Assembly: GCA_020637395.1 (NCBI GenBank)
Contig: JACJWA010000001.1
Location: forward strand, 1,110,078-1,174,077
Length of the DNA stretch: 64,000 bases
Origin: Calditrichota bacterium
Lineage (GTDB): Bacteria > Electryoneota > RPQS01
Direction: 5' to 3'
Every line of letters begins with the position of its first letter. The stretch's first letter is position 1. The notes under the pieces are model-generated. The model ran no database searches, was not told the origin of the DNA, and worked only from the letters and a program-made list of their open reading frames with translations. Below, piece by piece: positions 42,780 through 53,040 of the stretch. Both the position numbers and the translations under genes were made by a program.

Positions 42780-43715
42780 TTGACCTCACAAACGACCGCT
42801 TTTCTTTGCTCCGGCCAGGGCTCCCAATTCGTCGGAATGGCTCGTGATCTGCACGGGACTTTCGGCTTGGTCAAGCAGCGTTTTGCCGAAGCGAATGATC
42901 TGCTCGGCTTCGATCTTGCTCGATTTTGTTTTGAAGGGCCCGAAGAAGATCTTCGCCAAACTCGCGTCACGCAACCGGCTCTCTTTGTTCATTCCGTGAT
43001 CGTCGGAGAATTGCTGGCTGAGCTGGGAGTGCTGCCCACTTGCGCGGCAGGGCATAGCCTGGGTGAATACTCAGCGCTGTGCTGTGCAAAAGCGTTTGAC
43101 TTTGCCACCGGACTCGAACTTGTGAAGGTCCGCGCGAACGCCATGCAGGCGGCAGGAGAAGAGCGCCCCGGAACCATGGCAGCGGTCGTCGGACTGGAAT
43201 TTGAACAGGTCGAGAAAATCTGCAGCCAAACGCCGGGGATTGTGGTCCCAGCGAACTACAATTCGCCGGGTCAACTCGTGATCTCGGGGGAGATTGAGGC
43301 CGTTGATTTGGCCATGCAGTCCTGCAAGACTGCGGGAGCAAAATTGGTGCGTAAGCTTGTGGTCTCAGGCGCGTTTCATTCGCCGCTGATGGCCTCCGCC
43401 GCAGAGCGTTTGCGCAAAGCTCTGGATTCCGCGACGATCAACTCCGCGTCCGTTCCGGTCATGAGCAATGCCACTGGAAAACCGCACGGTAACGCTGAAG
43501 AGATTCGTCTTGCGCTTGCTCAGCAGCTTCTTGCGCCGGTTCGCTGGACAGAATGCCTGAATGGGCTCAGTGAACTGAAGCCTGAAGGCTGGATGGAACT
43601 CGGTCCCGGCAACGTCTTAGCGGGTTTGCTGAAACGGACCATCAGCGGTGCGTCCGCACAGACGGTGGGAACCGTTGAGGATATTGAGCGAGTGAAAGTG
43701 GGAGTTGCATCGTGA
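42780..43715 (+). CDS. fabD: Malonyl-CoA:ACP transacylase
   Basis: GQGSQ and GHSLGEYSAL motifs. Confidence 0.9.
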   Translation: MTSQTTAFLCSGQGSQFVGMARDLHGTFGLVKQRFAEANDLLGFDLARFCFEGPEEDLRQTRVTQPALFVHSVIVGELLAELGVLPTCAAGHSLGEYSALCCAKAFDFATGLELVKVRANAMQAAGEERPGTMAAVVGLEFEQVEKICSQTPGIVVPANYNSPGQLVISGEIEAVDLAMQSCKTAGAKLVRKLVVSGAFHSPLMASAAERLRKALDSATINSASVPVMSNATGKPHGNAEEIRLALAQQLLAPVRWTECLNGLSELKPEGWMELGPGNVLAGLLKRTISGASAQTVGTVEDIERVKVGVAS

Positions 43716-44461
43716 ATCAACCGTTGGCCGGACGTGTTGCGTGGATTACAGGTTCCGCGCGCGGAATTGGGAAAGCTATTGCCCGTCATCTCGCGCTTCA
43801 GGGCGCTGATCTTGCTCTGACCGATGTGCTGGAAGATGACCTGTACGCGACAGCCAAGGAGCTTGCGCTTGAATCGAATCGCAAGGTGATTCATCAGGTC
43901 TTGGACGTGACGGATCCGGTTGGAGCTGCGGGCTTTGTGCAGCGTACGGTGGATGAGCTCGGTGGACTGACGATTTTGGTGAACAATGCGGGTATCACGC
44001 GTGACGCATTGATGATGAGAATGTCCCTGAATGATTGGGAACGAGTGCTTCATGTGAATTTGACTGGCAGTTTTGTGTGCACACAGGCAGCCATCAAGCC
44101 GATGATGAAGGCTCGCTACGGAAAGATTGTGAACATTGCATCCGTGGTCGGCGTGATGGGCAATGCCGGACAAGCCAACTATTCCGCGTCCAAAGCCGGA
44201 ATGATTGCCTTGACCAAGTCCGTTGCCAAAGAGCTTGCCGGACGAGGCGTGCGTGCCAACGCGGTCGCTCCCGGTTTCATCGAGACAGATATGACGCATC
44301 AGTTGAGTCCCGAAGTCAAGGAAGCCTACTTGCAGGCCATTCCGCTCAAGTACCTCGGCTCGTCAGACGATATTGCGCAAGTTTGCGCGTTTTTGGCAAG
44401 TGCCGCATCCGACTACATCTCAGGACAGGTGTTGATCGTGGATGGCGGCCTACATATGTAA
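43712..44461 (+). CDS. fabG: 3-oxoacyl-ACP reductase
   Basis: TGSARGIG Rossmann motif. NNAG and YSASK catalytic motifs. Confidence 0.9.
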   Translation: MNQPLAGRVAWITGSARGIGKAIARHLALQGADLALTDVLEDDLYATAKELALESNRKVIHQVLDVTDPVGAAGFVQRTVDELGGLTILVNNAGITRDALMMRMSLNDWERVLHVNLTGSFVCTQAAIKPMMKARYGKIVNIASVVGVMGNAGQANYSASKAGMIALTKSVAKELAGRGVRANAVAPGFIETDMTHQLSPEVKEAYLQAIPLKYLGSSDDIAQVCAFLASAASDYISGQVLIVDGGLHM

Positions 44462-44497
44462 CGTAACACTAACCGTCGTTTATTCTACGGAGGCAAA

Positions 44498-44746
44498 ATG
44501 TCCGACATGGAAAACAAAGTCAAAAAGATCATCGCCGACCGCTTGCAGGTTGACCTCAGCAGCGTCACCGATGGCGCAGGTTTCGTCGAGGACCTCGGAG
44601 CGGATTCGCTTGATCTCGTCGAACTGGTCATGGCCTTCGAGGAAGAGTTCGGCCTGGAAATCCCGGATCAGGACGCCGAAACGATGAAGACCGTGGGAGA
44701 TGCCGTCAACTACTTGAAGAGCAAGAGCCCCGCGGAAAACGCCTAA
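44498..44746 (+). CDS. acpP: Acyl carrier protein
   Basis: DLGADSLD phosphopantetheine site. GGAGG Shine-Dalgarno upstream. Confidence 0.95.
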   Translation: MSDMENKVKKIIADRLQVDLSSVTDGAGFVEDLGADSLDLVELVMAFEEEFGLEIPDQDAETMKTVGDAVNYLKSKSPAENA

Positions 44747-44763
44747 CTACTGAACCTACTGTC

Positions 44764-46020
44764 ATGCAGAAGCAGCGAGTTGTTGTCACCGGAATGGGTG
44801 TTATCTCCCCGATTGGCAACGACGTTTCAACCTTCTGGGATGCACTGATCTCCGGACGTTCCGGCGCAGGACCAATCACTTTGTTTGATCCTGCTGATTT
44901 CGTGACCAAGTTCGCCTGCGAAGTCAAGGACTTTTCCATTGGGGACTTGCTGGATCCCAAGGAGGCTCGAAGATTCCAACGATTCACTCAGTTCGGTATT
45001 GCCGCGGCGCATCAAGCGCTGACGGACGCGGGTCTTGCGGGTGAGTCCAGTCCTGTGCCCAAGGAAAGGATTGGCGTCATCATTGGATCCGGTATCGGTG
45101 GAATTGAACTGTTTGAAGAACAGGCGAAGACGTACCTCGAGCGCGGACCCAAACGTATCAGCCCTTTCTTTGTGCCGATGATGATTTCGGACATCGTCGC
45201 GGGACAAGTTTCGATCTGTTTCGGTTTGGGAGGTCCCAATTTCGCGGTCGTTTCCGCGTGTTCCACAGCCGGGCATTCGATCCATGTGGCCAACCGCTTG
45301 ATTCAGTCCGGCGAGGCCGAAGTGATTCTTGCCGGCGGAACGGAAGGGGCGATCACGCACCTTGGGGTAGGCGGATTCAACGCTCTAAAAGCCTTGTCAA
45401 CGCGTAACGATGATCCGGAGAAAGCCAGCCGTCCATTCGATCGAGATCGAGACGGATTCGTGATTGGTGAAGGCGCGGGAGTGTTAGTCTTGGAGAGCCT
45501 TGACTCGGCGAAACGACGCGGAGCAAAGATTCACGCCGAACTTCTCGGAGTCGGAGCGTCAGGCGATGCATTTCATATCACCGCGCCGCATTCAGAAGGC
45601 GAGGGCGCGCGTCGAGCCATGGAGGCCGCGCTGAAAGATTCCGGCGTCCCCCGCGAGGACATCGCATACATCAATGCGCATGGAACCTCCACGGATGTGG
45701 GAGACCCGACCGAAATCAAGGCCATTCGCAGTGTATTCGCCTTGCACGCTGAGAAGTTAGCCGTGTCGTCAACTAAGTCCATGCATGGGCATACTCTGGG
45801 TGCCGCCGGAGCAATTGAAGCAATTGCTTCAATTCTCGCTACACAAAACAACCTGATTCCGCCGACCATCAATGTTGAGAATCAGGACCCGGAGTGCGAT
45901 CTCTTCGTGACTCCGAACAAGGCCGTGCGGCGAGTTGTCCAAGTGGCAATGTCCAATGCATTCGGATTCGGAGGACACAACTCTTCTCTGATCTTTGCCA
46001 AACCGGAGTACCGACGATAA
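44764..46020 (+). CDS. fabF: 3-oxoacyl-ACP synthase II
   Basis: Active-site Cys context SACSTAG, HGTST and GHTLGAAG motifs. Confidence 0.9.
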   Translation: MQKQRVVVTGMGVISPIGNDVSTFWDALISGRSGAGPITLFDPADFVTKFACEVKDFSIGDLLDPKEARRFQRFTQFGIAAAHQALTDAGLAGESSPVPKERIGVIIGSGIGGIELFEEQAKTYLERGPKRISPFFVPMMISDIVAGQVSICFGLGGPNFAVVSACSTAGHSIHVANRLIQSGEAEVILAGGTEGAITHLGVGGFNALKALSTRNDDPEKASRPFDRDRDGFVIGEGAGVLVLESLDSAKRRGAKIHAELLGVGASGDAFHITAPHSEGEGARRAMEAALKDSGVPREDIAYINAHGTSTDVGDPTEIKAIRSVFALHAEKLAVSSTKSMHGHTLGAAGAIEAIASILATQNNLIPPTINVENQDPECDLFVTPNKAVRRVVQVAMSNAFGFGGHNSSLIFAKPEYRR

Positions 46021-46033
46021 GGGCAAGTCTCGC

Positions 46034-46819
46034 ATGAGTTTTCTGCGCCAACTGCTTCGACGCAACGATGGGGGTGTCCCTTCCGAGCTCCGGCAGCAGC
46101 TGCGCAGACTCGAAAAGCGAATCGGCTACCGATTCACAGATAGCATTTTGCTTGTTTCCGCGCTTCGGCATCGGAGTGTGCTAAACAAGGAAAACCTCGG
46201 GCGTCATGAGTCTAATGAACGTCTCGAGTTTCTCGGTGATGCCGTATTGGATTTCATCATCGCAGAGTACTTCTACCACTTGTTCCCCGGAATGGTGGAA
46301 GGTCAGCTGACTAAGTTGAGATCCGTGATTGTGTCAGGAACGGCACTCGTGGAAGCAGCCCGACGCATTGATCTCGGTTCTCATCTCATCCTGAGCGAGA
46401 ACGAAGATCGCGCAGGCGGTCGAAATCGGGCGTCCATTCTTGAAGATGCGTTCGAAGCGCTCATTGGCGCCATCTATCTTGATCGAGGTATCGCTCCGGC
46501 ACGGGAGTTCGTGGAGACTCACCTGCTTGACAATTGGCGGGAAGTCGTCAAGAAAGACGAATACGTCAATTTCAAGAGCCTTGTTCTGGAGCATGCACAG
46601 GCGAATTCGTGGGACAGTCCCGAGTATCGCCTGGTTGAAGAAACCGGTCCCGACCACTCCAAGCGTTTTGTTGTGGAAATCTTTCTGAACGGAGAGTCGT
46701 TTGGAAGAGGAGACGGCAGTTCCAAGAAGTCCGCTGAGCAGAAAGCGGCCTCTGTAGCTGCTTCAAAACTTGGACTTCTTGGCTCTGACGATCTTGATTC
46801 TGACTCGGCATCCGGCTGA
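46034..46819 (+). CDS. rnc: Ribonuclease III
   Basis: ERLEFLGDAVL signature and C-terminal dsRBD. Start trimmed to the ATG after the fabF stop. Confidence 0.85.
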   Translation: MSFLRQLLRRNDGGVPSELRQQLRRLEKRIGYRFTDSILLVSALRHRSVLNKENLGRHESNERLEFLGDAVLDFIIAEYFYHLFPGMVEGQLTKLRSVIVSGTALVEAARRIDLGSHLILSENEDRAGGRNRASILEDAFEALIGAIYLDRGIAPAREFVETHLLDNWREVVKKDEYVNFKSLVLEHAQANSWDSPEYRLVEETGPDHSKRFVVEIFLNGESFGRGDGSSKKSAEQKAASVAASKLGLLGSDDLDSDSASG

Positions 46820-46848
46820 TCTGCGACTGCACAGCGCAGGGGGATAGG

Positions 46849-47355
46849 TTGACCACCAATCATTTTTGCACCCTTTGTGGCGAGAAGTTATCTGATGTGT
46901 TTGTGGAAGGCCGGGTGCGGCCCGCGTGCTCCGGTTGCGGGCACATCGTCTATCTGAACCCTCTACCTGCCGTCGCGGCCGTTCTTCTGCAGAGTGGCCG
47001 CGTTTTGTTGATTAGGCGCGGCGTGGAACCCGGCGCGGGCCTGTGGGCCTTGCCCTCAGGATTCATGGAACAGGACGAGTCCCCCGAACAGGCCGTCGTC
47101 CGAGAAGTCCTTGAAGAAACGAATGTGCAGTGTGTGCCGGGACGATTGTTGGGAGCAACCACACATCACGATCATGTTTTCGGCCACGTCCTTGTGCTGG
47201 CTTTTGCCGCACGATTCGCCGACGGTGATCTTCGGGCGGGTGATGACGCACGTGAAGCGCTCTGGTTTGATACTCAGAATTTGCCGGACATGGCCTTCAG
47301 AAGTCATGCCGAGTTTGTCCGACAGGCGGAACAACTGATGGAATGCAACACATGA
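46849..47355 (+). CDS. NUDIX hydrolase with N-terminal zinc ribbon
   Basis: C-x2-C...C-x2-C ribbon. Nudix box REVLEETN. Confidence 0.7.
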   Translation: MTTNHFCTLCGEKLSDVFVEGRVRPACSGCGHIVYLNPLPAVAAVLLQSGRVLLIRRGVEPGAGLWALPSGFMEQDESPEQAVVREVLEETNVQCVPGRLLGATTHHDHVFGHVLVLAFAARFADGDLRAGDDAREALWFDTQNLPDMAFRSHAEFVRQAEQLMECNT

Positions 47356-48347
47356 GAATTGTCGGCTTCTGGTCTGCTGTTTTGTTGCTGCTGATCGTTG
47401 GCTGCGACATTGAGGAATCACCCGTCGCAAATGGCCGCATCTTCGTCGAACTGCGCGACGATAGCGGTGACGAGATTACCGGTGCGAGAATCTGGCTGGA
47501 TGGAGTGCAGATGTCGCAGCTCACTCCGGACACCCTGAGGCAAGTTGCCCCAGGTGTGCACACCGTGGCAGCCAGTATTCCCCGCTACTATCAGGTCTCG
47601 GAGCAGGTTACCGTCGCGGAAGGCGGGCTGTCAACCGTTTCTTTGGAGACTTCGCTGGCACCTCTTCCCTTTGTGGATCTCGGAGACGTGCCTGACGGAA
47701 CCGCGCTGATCGTGGATGGGTCCGAGTTTGCCATGACGCCGCCAAGCCTGATTGGAATCGGCGTCGGGTCCTGGTCCTTGTCCGCTTTTCTGGATGGGCA
47801 TGCCACGCGCTCACCTGCGCGCTGGACCGTAACACTCGTGGAAGGGGACACCGCACAGATTCCGGTACAATTTGATCCTGTGACCACGGGCCACGAAGTC
47901 GGAGAGCTTGCTCCACTATTCGCGCTGCCCAGCGATGGAGATAGTTCCATCCACAGACTTCAAGATTATCGGGGCAAGATTGTCCTGGTGACATTTTTCT
48001 TCTATGCGTGTGCGCCGTGTCTCGCTGAATTTCCGCATATTCAGGCCGTTTATGCAGATCCGCAATATGCAGGACGAGTGGATGTGTTGGGCATTGATGC
48101 CGTGGATCCGTGGTCCCTTCTGAACTTGTATAAGTCCACGCATCCGACTCTCGGAATCCAGTTCCCGTTGCTGTGGGATCAGACGCAGACGACCCGCACC
48201 GCCTTGTACGCCGTGGAAAGTCACCCGACCAATTTTCTCATTGATCCCAGCGGCGTGATTCGGTACAAGTGGCTCAGCATCACCGAAGAGCAACTGCGCA
48301 GCGCCGTCGGAGAACTGATTTCAGAATTCGACTCACCGACTCCCTAA
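47343..48347 (+). CDS. Lipoprotein with two PEGA/Ig-like beta-sandwich domains and a C-terminal TlpA-like thioredoxin domain
   Basis: Lipobox LLLIVGC. Redox motif C-A-P-C in AhpC/TSA-TlpA context. Confidence 0.5.
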   Translation: MQHMRIVGFWSAVLLLLIVGCDIEESPVANGRIFVELRDDSGDEITGARIWLDGVQMSQLTPDTLRQVAPGVHTVAASIPRYYQVSEQVTVAEGGLSTVSLETSLAPLPFVDLGDVPDGTALIVDGSEFAMTPPSLIGIGVGSWSLSAFLDGHATRSPARWTVTLVEGDTAQIPVQFDPVTTGHEVGELAPLFALPSDGDSSIHRLQDYRGKIVLVTFFFYACAPCLAEFPHIQAVYADPQYAGRVDVLGIDAVDPWSLLNLYKSTHPTLGIQFPLLWDQTQTTRTALYAVESHPTNFLIDPSGVIRYKWLSITEEQLRSAVGELISEFDSPTP

Positions 48348-48361
48348 GCACGAGGACACCT

Positions 48362-48844
48362 GTGAAAACATCCTATGCAATCCTGCTCACTCTTGCCTTG
48401 CTTTCCGCGGCGTTTGCGGGTCGAAACTGGTCTCTGACTCAGGTTCAGGGCGGAGAATTCAGCATCACGGATCATTCCGGCGGGAAACCCAGCCTGCTCA
48501 TTTTTTGGGCCACCTGGTGCAAGCCCTGCAAAGCCGAAATGGATGCGATGAAGGAGACGTTTGACGACTTGAATGCACGTGGGCTCAATGTCATTTTGAT
48601 TTCCGAAGATACGCAGAAGTCCATGAGCCGCGTCAAACCATTTCTGGATTCCAAAGGGTACACTTGGACCGCACTGTTGGATCCCGACGGCGCTGTCCTG
48701 AAGCTCTATGGAGGAACTTCAATTCCGTTCACAGTGATGCTGGACGCCCAAGGCACTCCAGTATATGAACATCGCGGCGAGTTAAAAGACCCTTCAGAGA
48801 TGATCGCCAAGGCAAATCAACTGATTGACTCCGCAAGTGACTAA
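48362..48844 (+). CDS. TlpA-like periplasmic thiol:disulfide oxidoreductase
   Basis: GTG start after the upstream stop. Signal peptide. WATWCKPCKAEM active site. Confidence 0.6.
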   Translation: MKTSYAILLTLALLSAAFAGRNWSLTQVQGGEFSITDHSGGKPSLLIFWATWCKPCKAEMDAMKETFDDLNARGLNVILISEDTQKSMSRVKPFLDSKGYTWTALLDPDGAVLKLYGGTSIPFTVMLDAQGTPVYEHRGELKDPSEMIAKANQLIDSASD

Positions 48845-50342
48845 GTTTCTCGTATTCTGCACATTCCTTCTGCTTGCCGTTCCAGCGTGGGCGCAGCTTG
48901 AAGATATTGAACTGGATGGCTCCAACCAGCTTCGATTTGACGACGGCAGAGAAGTGGATACACAACGCGCCGGGCTGGAGCATCCTGACAATACGATTCG
49001 CCGCCATTTCATTGAGAACAGACTGTTGCTTAACTTGTTCAGTGGCGATTTTCATTTGGGTGGGCGGTTTCTTTATTTTCGTCCGGCTGAAGCGGACGTT
49101 GATCAGTTCAGGCTGGCGGACGAAAACCGTTTTGACAAGCGCTTCTTCGAAGGCAAGATTGCCCCGTTCGATTTCAGATTCGGGCACTTCAGCGATCTTT
49201 GGGGATCAGGGCTCGTCTTCAGCGCGTTTGAAAACCGAGATCTCTACTTCGACTCGGAACTGGACGGCGCACGCGTACAGTTGAATGCCGGTTCAATAAA
49301 GCTGATCGGCGCAACGGGCACGACGGAAGATGGTCCACTGGTGCCAGAGATGAAGGCGACCGCCGGACGAGTTGAGCTATCTCCCGGCAAGGGAAGAAGG
49401 CTGGGATTCAGCTATGTCTATCATGACAGCTTGTCCAATCCTGAGATGGGCGTCGCCGGTGTGGACTGGAACATCACTCGGGGTATTCTGAATCTCTACG
49501 GAGAGCGCGCATGGAATGAGGCCGTCCTGGCGGGAGGCAATAGTGCCGGCCACGCCACTTTCGCGGGATTGACTCTCTCGAAGTGGGGATGGTCCCTGCT
49601 TGCGGAGTATGCGGACTACGACTACCGTATCAATACCCCGATTCAGAATCCGCCAACGACACATCGTGAAGTCGGACCGCGCCTGCTTCAGGGCAGAGAG
49701 CCGCATGTGCTGAACATTGCCGATGAAGTCGGAGTGCAGGTTGAATTGAACGGAAGTGTCGGTGAAAACACCTATGTCACTGCGCACTACAACGCAAGCA
49801 GCCGGCACAGTGACGAAGACGAGTCAGTGCCTTTGCCCGCGCTCGAGGAAAAGTATCGTCCGTATTGGGAGGTGTTTGCCAATGCCGACCACACCTTCGG
49901 CGGTGGAGAGATACTAATTCTTGAAGTCGGTGCAAATGAAGAAGCTGCTGTCGTCTGGCAAGAGCGCAAGTGGGGACAGGTGCGCTTCAAGTTTCATATT
50001 CGCGGCGACCAAGAGCTTGAGCTTGAGACGGAACAACTGCTGATCACCGACCGCACCCGTGATGATGAGAAGTTTCACGACATGCTTTACGGCGTCTCGT
50101 GGGTGCCTTCGCATATCCTTTCCCTTAATGCTTCGGTTCAGTTCACAGACGATGAAGAATTGAAGAAGCGTGAGGGAGAGTTCTGGGCTGGCGGTGAAGT
50201 TGCTATGCAGCTTGCGGGCGGCAAGCATCGCGCGATTCTCTTCTATGGAAGCGAGCGCGGCGGACTCAAGTGCTCGAACGGAGTTTGCAGGCAGGTACAA
50301 GCATTCTCAGGTCTGCGATTCACTCTGGAAACGTCGCTCTAA
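48837..50342 (+). CDS. Putative outer-membrane beta-barrel protein
   Basis: GTG start overlapping the upstream stop. Signal peptide VPAWA. Long amphipathic beta-strand pattern. Confidence 0.4.
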   Translation: MTKFLVFCTFLLLAVPAWAQLEDIELDGSNQLRFDDGREVDTQRAGLEHPDNTIRRHFIENRLLLNLFSGDFHLGGRFLYFRPAEADVDQFRLADENRFDKRFFEGKIAPFDFRFGHFSDLWGSGLVFSAFENRDLYFDSELDGARVQLNAGSIKLIGATGTTEDGPLVPEMKATAGRVELSPGKGRRLGFSYVYHDSLSNPEMGVAGVDWNITRGILNLYGERAWNEAVLAGGNSAGHATFAGLTLSKWGWSLLAEYADYDYRINTPIQNPPTTHREVGPRLLQGREPHVLNIADEVGVQVELNGSVGENTYVTAHYNASSRHSDEDESVPLPALEEKYRPYWEVFANADHTFGGGEILILEVGANEEAAVVWQERKWGQVRFKFHIRGDQELELETEQLLITDRTRDDEKFHDMLYGVSWVPSHILSLNASVQFTDDEELKKREGEFWAGGEVAMQLAGGKHRAILFYGSERGGLKCSNGVCRQVQAFSGLRFTLETSL

Positions 50343-50344
50343 TC

Positions 50345-51739
50345 ATGCCGCGGAGTTCTGATCCGCGCAGTCAGCTGCCCGGTGTGGATCGCTTGCTCGA
50401 GAACCCGCGACTTGCGGAGCTTAGAAAACTTGTTTCTACGCCCAATCTGACGCGGGTGCTTCGCGAGATACTCAGCGAATGTCGTCGGGACTTGGAAAAA
50501 GACAAGAGTGTTCCGGCAGACGAGATTCTGGTCGAGCGTGCAGTAATACGAATTGAAGCGACGATGCACGCCGGTCCTCGCCGCGTTATCAATGCGACCG
50601 GAGTGATTCTCCATACTGGCCTTGGCAGAGCGCCGCTTTCTGACGCCGCTCGAAAGGCCGTTGCCGAGGCCGCAGGCTATTGTGACTTGGAGTTCGATCT
50701 GGACTCCGGAGCTCGCGGAGACCGCCAGGATCATGTAGAGCGCTTGCTTTGTTGTGCCACGGGAGCCGAGTCGGCTCTGGTGGTGAACAACAATGCCGCC
50801 GCTTTGTACCTTGTTTTAGCGGTGCTGGGGTTTCGCAAAGAGGTGATTGTTTCCCGCGGCCAGTTGATTGAAATCGGTGGAAGCTTCAGACTCCCGGAGA
50901 TCATGGCGCGGTCCGGGTGCAAGCTCGTGGAAGTGGGAACCACGAATCGCACACGTATCTCCGATTTTGCGTCCGCAGTTACGGACAAGTCCGCCATGCT
51001 ATTGCGCGCTTATCCGTCCAACTATCGTATTGACGGATTCACGGAGTCCGTTGAGATTTCCGAGCTCGCGGACGTCGCGCGCAAAAACAATCTCATCTGC
51101 GTGGATGACCTCGGCGGTGGACTGCTTTGGGACTGGACATCGTGGGGACTGCCCGAAGAGCCCAATGTCGAGCAAAGCTTGCGAGGAGGAGCTGATCTTG
51201 TTCTGGTATCAGGGGACAAGGTCATCGGCGGACCACAGGCTGGTTTAATCCTCGGCAAAGCCTCGCTCGTCGCAAAGCTCAAGAAGTCTCCTTTGGCCCG
51301 AGTTCTGCGCCCTGGGAAGCTTGAGATTGCTGCGCTTGCAGCAACGGTTGCTGGTTTTTTGCATCATGAGCGGCCCCCAGTCGAAAATCTTTCCTGGCAG
51401 ATGCTCACGGAAACGCCGGAAGTGACTCGTACAAGAGCCGAAGGTCTCTGCGAGAAGATTCGTTCGTTATCGGACTGGCAGATTCTTGAAGTGATTCAGT
51501 CTCCCGCTCAAGCCGGATCGGGAACCCTGCCGGCGGTCGGACTTGAGTCAAGCGCGGTCAAACTGCTTCCGCAGAGACATACCGCCGCCTCATGGGCCAA
51601 GCGGCTTCGCACGGCAACCATTCCTATCGTTCCGGTCGTGCAGGAGGGCGCTGTCCTCATGAACATGCGCACGGTTAGCGATAACGAGATACCGGATATT
51701 GTGTCCGTAATTGGTGACCTGTTGATTTCCCGAAAGTGA
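50345..51739 (+). CDS. selA: L-seryl-tRNA(Sec) selenium transferase
   Basis: N-terminal LPGVDRLL and the PLP-lysine region SGDKVIGGPQAG. Start trimmed to the ATG after the upstream stop. Confidence 0.85.
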   Translation: MPRSSDPRSQLPGVDRLLENPRLAELRKLVSTPNLTRVLREILSECRRDLEKDKSVPADEILVERAVIRIEATMHAGPRRVINATGVILHTGLGRAPLSDAARKAVAEAAGYCDLEFDLDSGARGDRQDHVERLLCCATGAESALVVNNNAAALYLVLAVLGFRKEVIVSRGQLIEIGGSFRLPEIMARSGCKLVEVGTTNRTRISDFASAVTDKSAMLLRAYPSNYRIDGFTESVEISELADVARKNNLICVDDLGGGLLWDWTSWGLPEEPNVEQSLRGGADLVLVSGDKVIGGPQAGLILGKASLVAKLKKSPLARVLRPGKLEIAALAATVAGFLHHERPPVENLSWQMLTETPEVTRTRAEGLCEKIRSLSDWQILEVIQSPAQAGSGTLPAVGLESSAVKLLPQRHTAASWAKRLRTATIPIVPVVQEGAVLMNMRTVSDNEIPDIVSVIGDLLISRK

Positions 51740-53022
51740 TCAGAGTTCTTGTCATACTGCTCTTTTCTGTTTGCGCGCAAGCTGCGACGGTGAGGTGGCT
51801 CACGATTGACGGAGCCATTGGTCCGGTCTCAAATGAGATGGTTGAAAGTGCGCTAGAGCTTGCTCGCCAGGAAAACGCCGAAGCTCTAATCATTGAGCTC
51901 GACACGCCAGGCGGCTTGCTGAAGACGACGCGCATCATGTGCAAGTCTATTCTGGCATCACCCGTTCCGGTGATCGTCTATGTCGCGCCTTCCGGCGCGC
52001 GCGCGGGTTCAGCCGGAGTGTTCATTACGCTTGCGTCGCACGTCGCGGCGATGGCGCCTGGAACGAATATCGGCGCGGCACATCCTGTTGGTCTTGGAGG
52101 ATTTGGAAGCTCCCAGGACACCAGCGGAGTGATGGAGGGGAAGGTGACCAATGATGCCGCAGCCTTCGCCCGAACCCTGGCCGAACAGCGGGGCCGAAAC
52201 GCTGAATGGGCCGAGCTTGCGGTTCGCGAAAGTAAGTCAATCACCGAGTATGAAGCGCTGGAGCTCGGCGTCATCGAGTTGATTGCACCGTCCGCTGATT
52301 CGCTGTTGACTCTGCTTCACGGGCGAATAGTTTCCGTGGATGGGCGGCAAGATACACTTGATACTTCAGGAGCAATTGTCGCTGAAACTCCCATGAGTCT
52401 TAGACTAAGAATCCTGGACTTCATTGCGGATCCCAACATTGCTTACATCCTCCTGCTTCTGGGGATCTACGGACTGTTCTTTGAGCTCTACAATCCCGGC
52501 GCGATCTTTCCCGGAGTGGTCGGAGCTATGTCTCTCGTTCTCGCATTCTTCAGTCTGCAATTGCTCCCCATCAGCTGGGCAGGACTTGCGCTGATCGTAT
52601 TGGCTATTATTCTGTTTGTTCTCGAGATCAAGATCACGAGCTACGGACTCTTGTCTATAGCGGGAGTGCTTTCCATGGTTCTGGGATCTCTTATGCTTTT
52701 TCAGCCCGGGCTCACCGGACTTACTATCGGCCTGGGAGTCGTCATCCCTGCGGCGATACTCACGGCTGCCTTCTTCCTGTTCGTCGTGGGGATGGGGCTG
52801 CGTGCCCAGGCGAGAAAAGTCGTCACGGGCGCGGAGGGCTTGATTGGCGAAATCGCCGTGGTGACCACTCCTCTTGCCCTGGAAGGCAAGGTGAGCGTCC
52901 ACGGTGAAATTTGGTCCGCGCAAGGAGACGTTGCTCTTCCCATTGGGGCACGAGTCAAAGTCACACGTGTGGACGGTATGCTTCTGACGGTTGAGTCCGT
53001 CAAACCTGCTTCGACAACCTAA
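51736..53022 (+). CDS. NfeD-family membrane protease (long form with ClpP-like domain)
   Basis: GTGA overlap with the selA stop. N-terminal ClpP-like serine-protease domain, central TM bundle and C-terminal OB-fold. Confidence 0.7.
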   Translation: MIRVLVILLFSVCAQAATVRWLTIDGAIGPVSNEMVESALELARQENAEALIIELDTPGGLLKTTRIMCKSILASPVPVIVYVAPSGARAGSAGVFITLASHVAAMAPGTNIGAAHPVGLGGFGSSQDTSGVMEGKVTNDAAAFARTLAEQRGRNAEWAELAVRESKSITEYEALELGVIELIAPSADSLLTLLHGRIVSVDGRQDTLDTSGAIVAETPMSLRLRILDFIADPNIAYILLLLGIYGLFFELYNPGAIFPGVVGAMSLVLAFFSLQLLPISWAGLALIVLAIILFVLEIKITSYGLLSIAGVLSMVLGSLMLFQPGLTGLTIGLGVVIPAAILTAAFFLFVVGMGLRAQARKVVTGAEGLIGEIAVVTTPLALEGKVSVHGEIWSAQGDVALPIGARVKVTRVDGMLLTVESVKPASTT

Positions 53023-53040
53023 CAGGTAAGGGAGCTTCTC

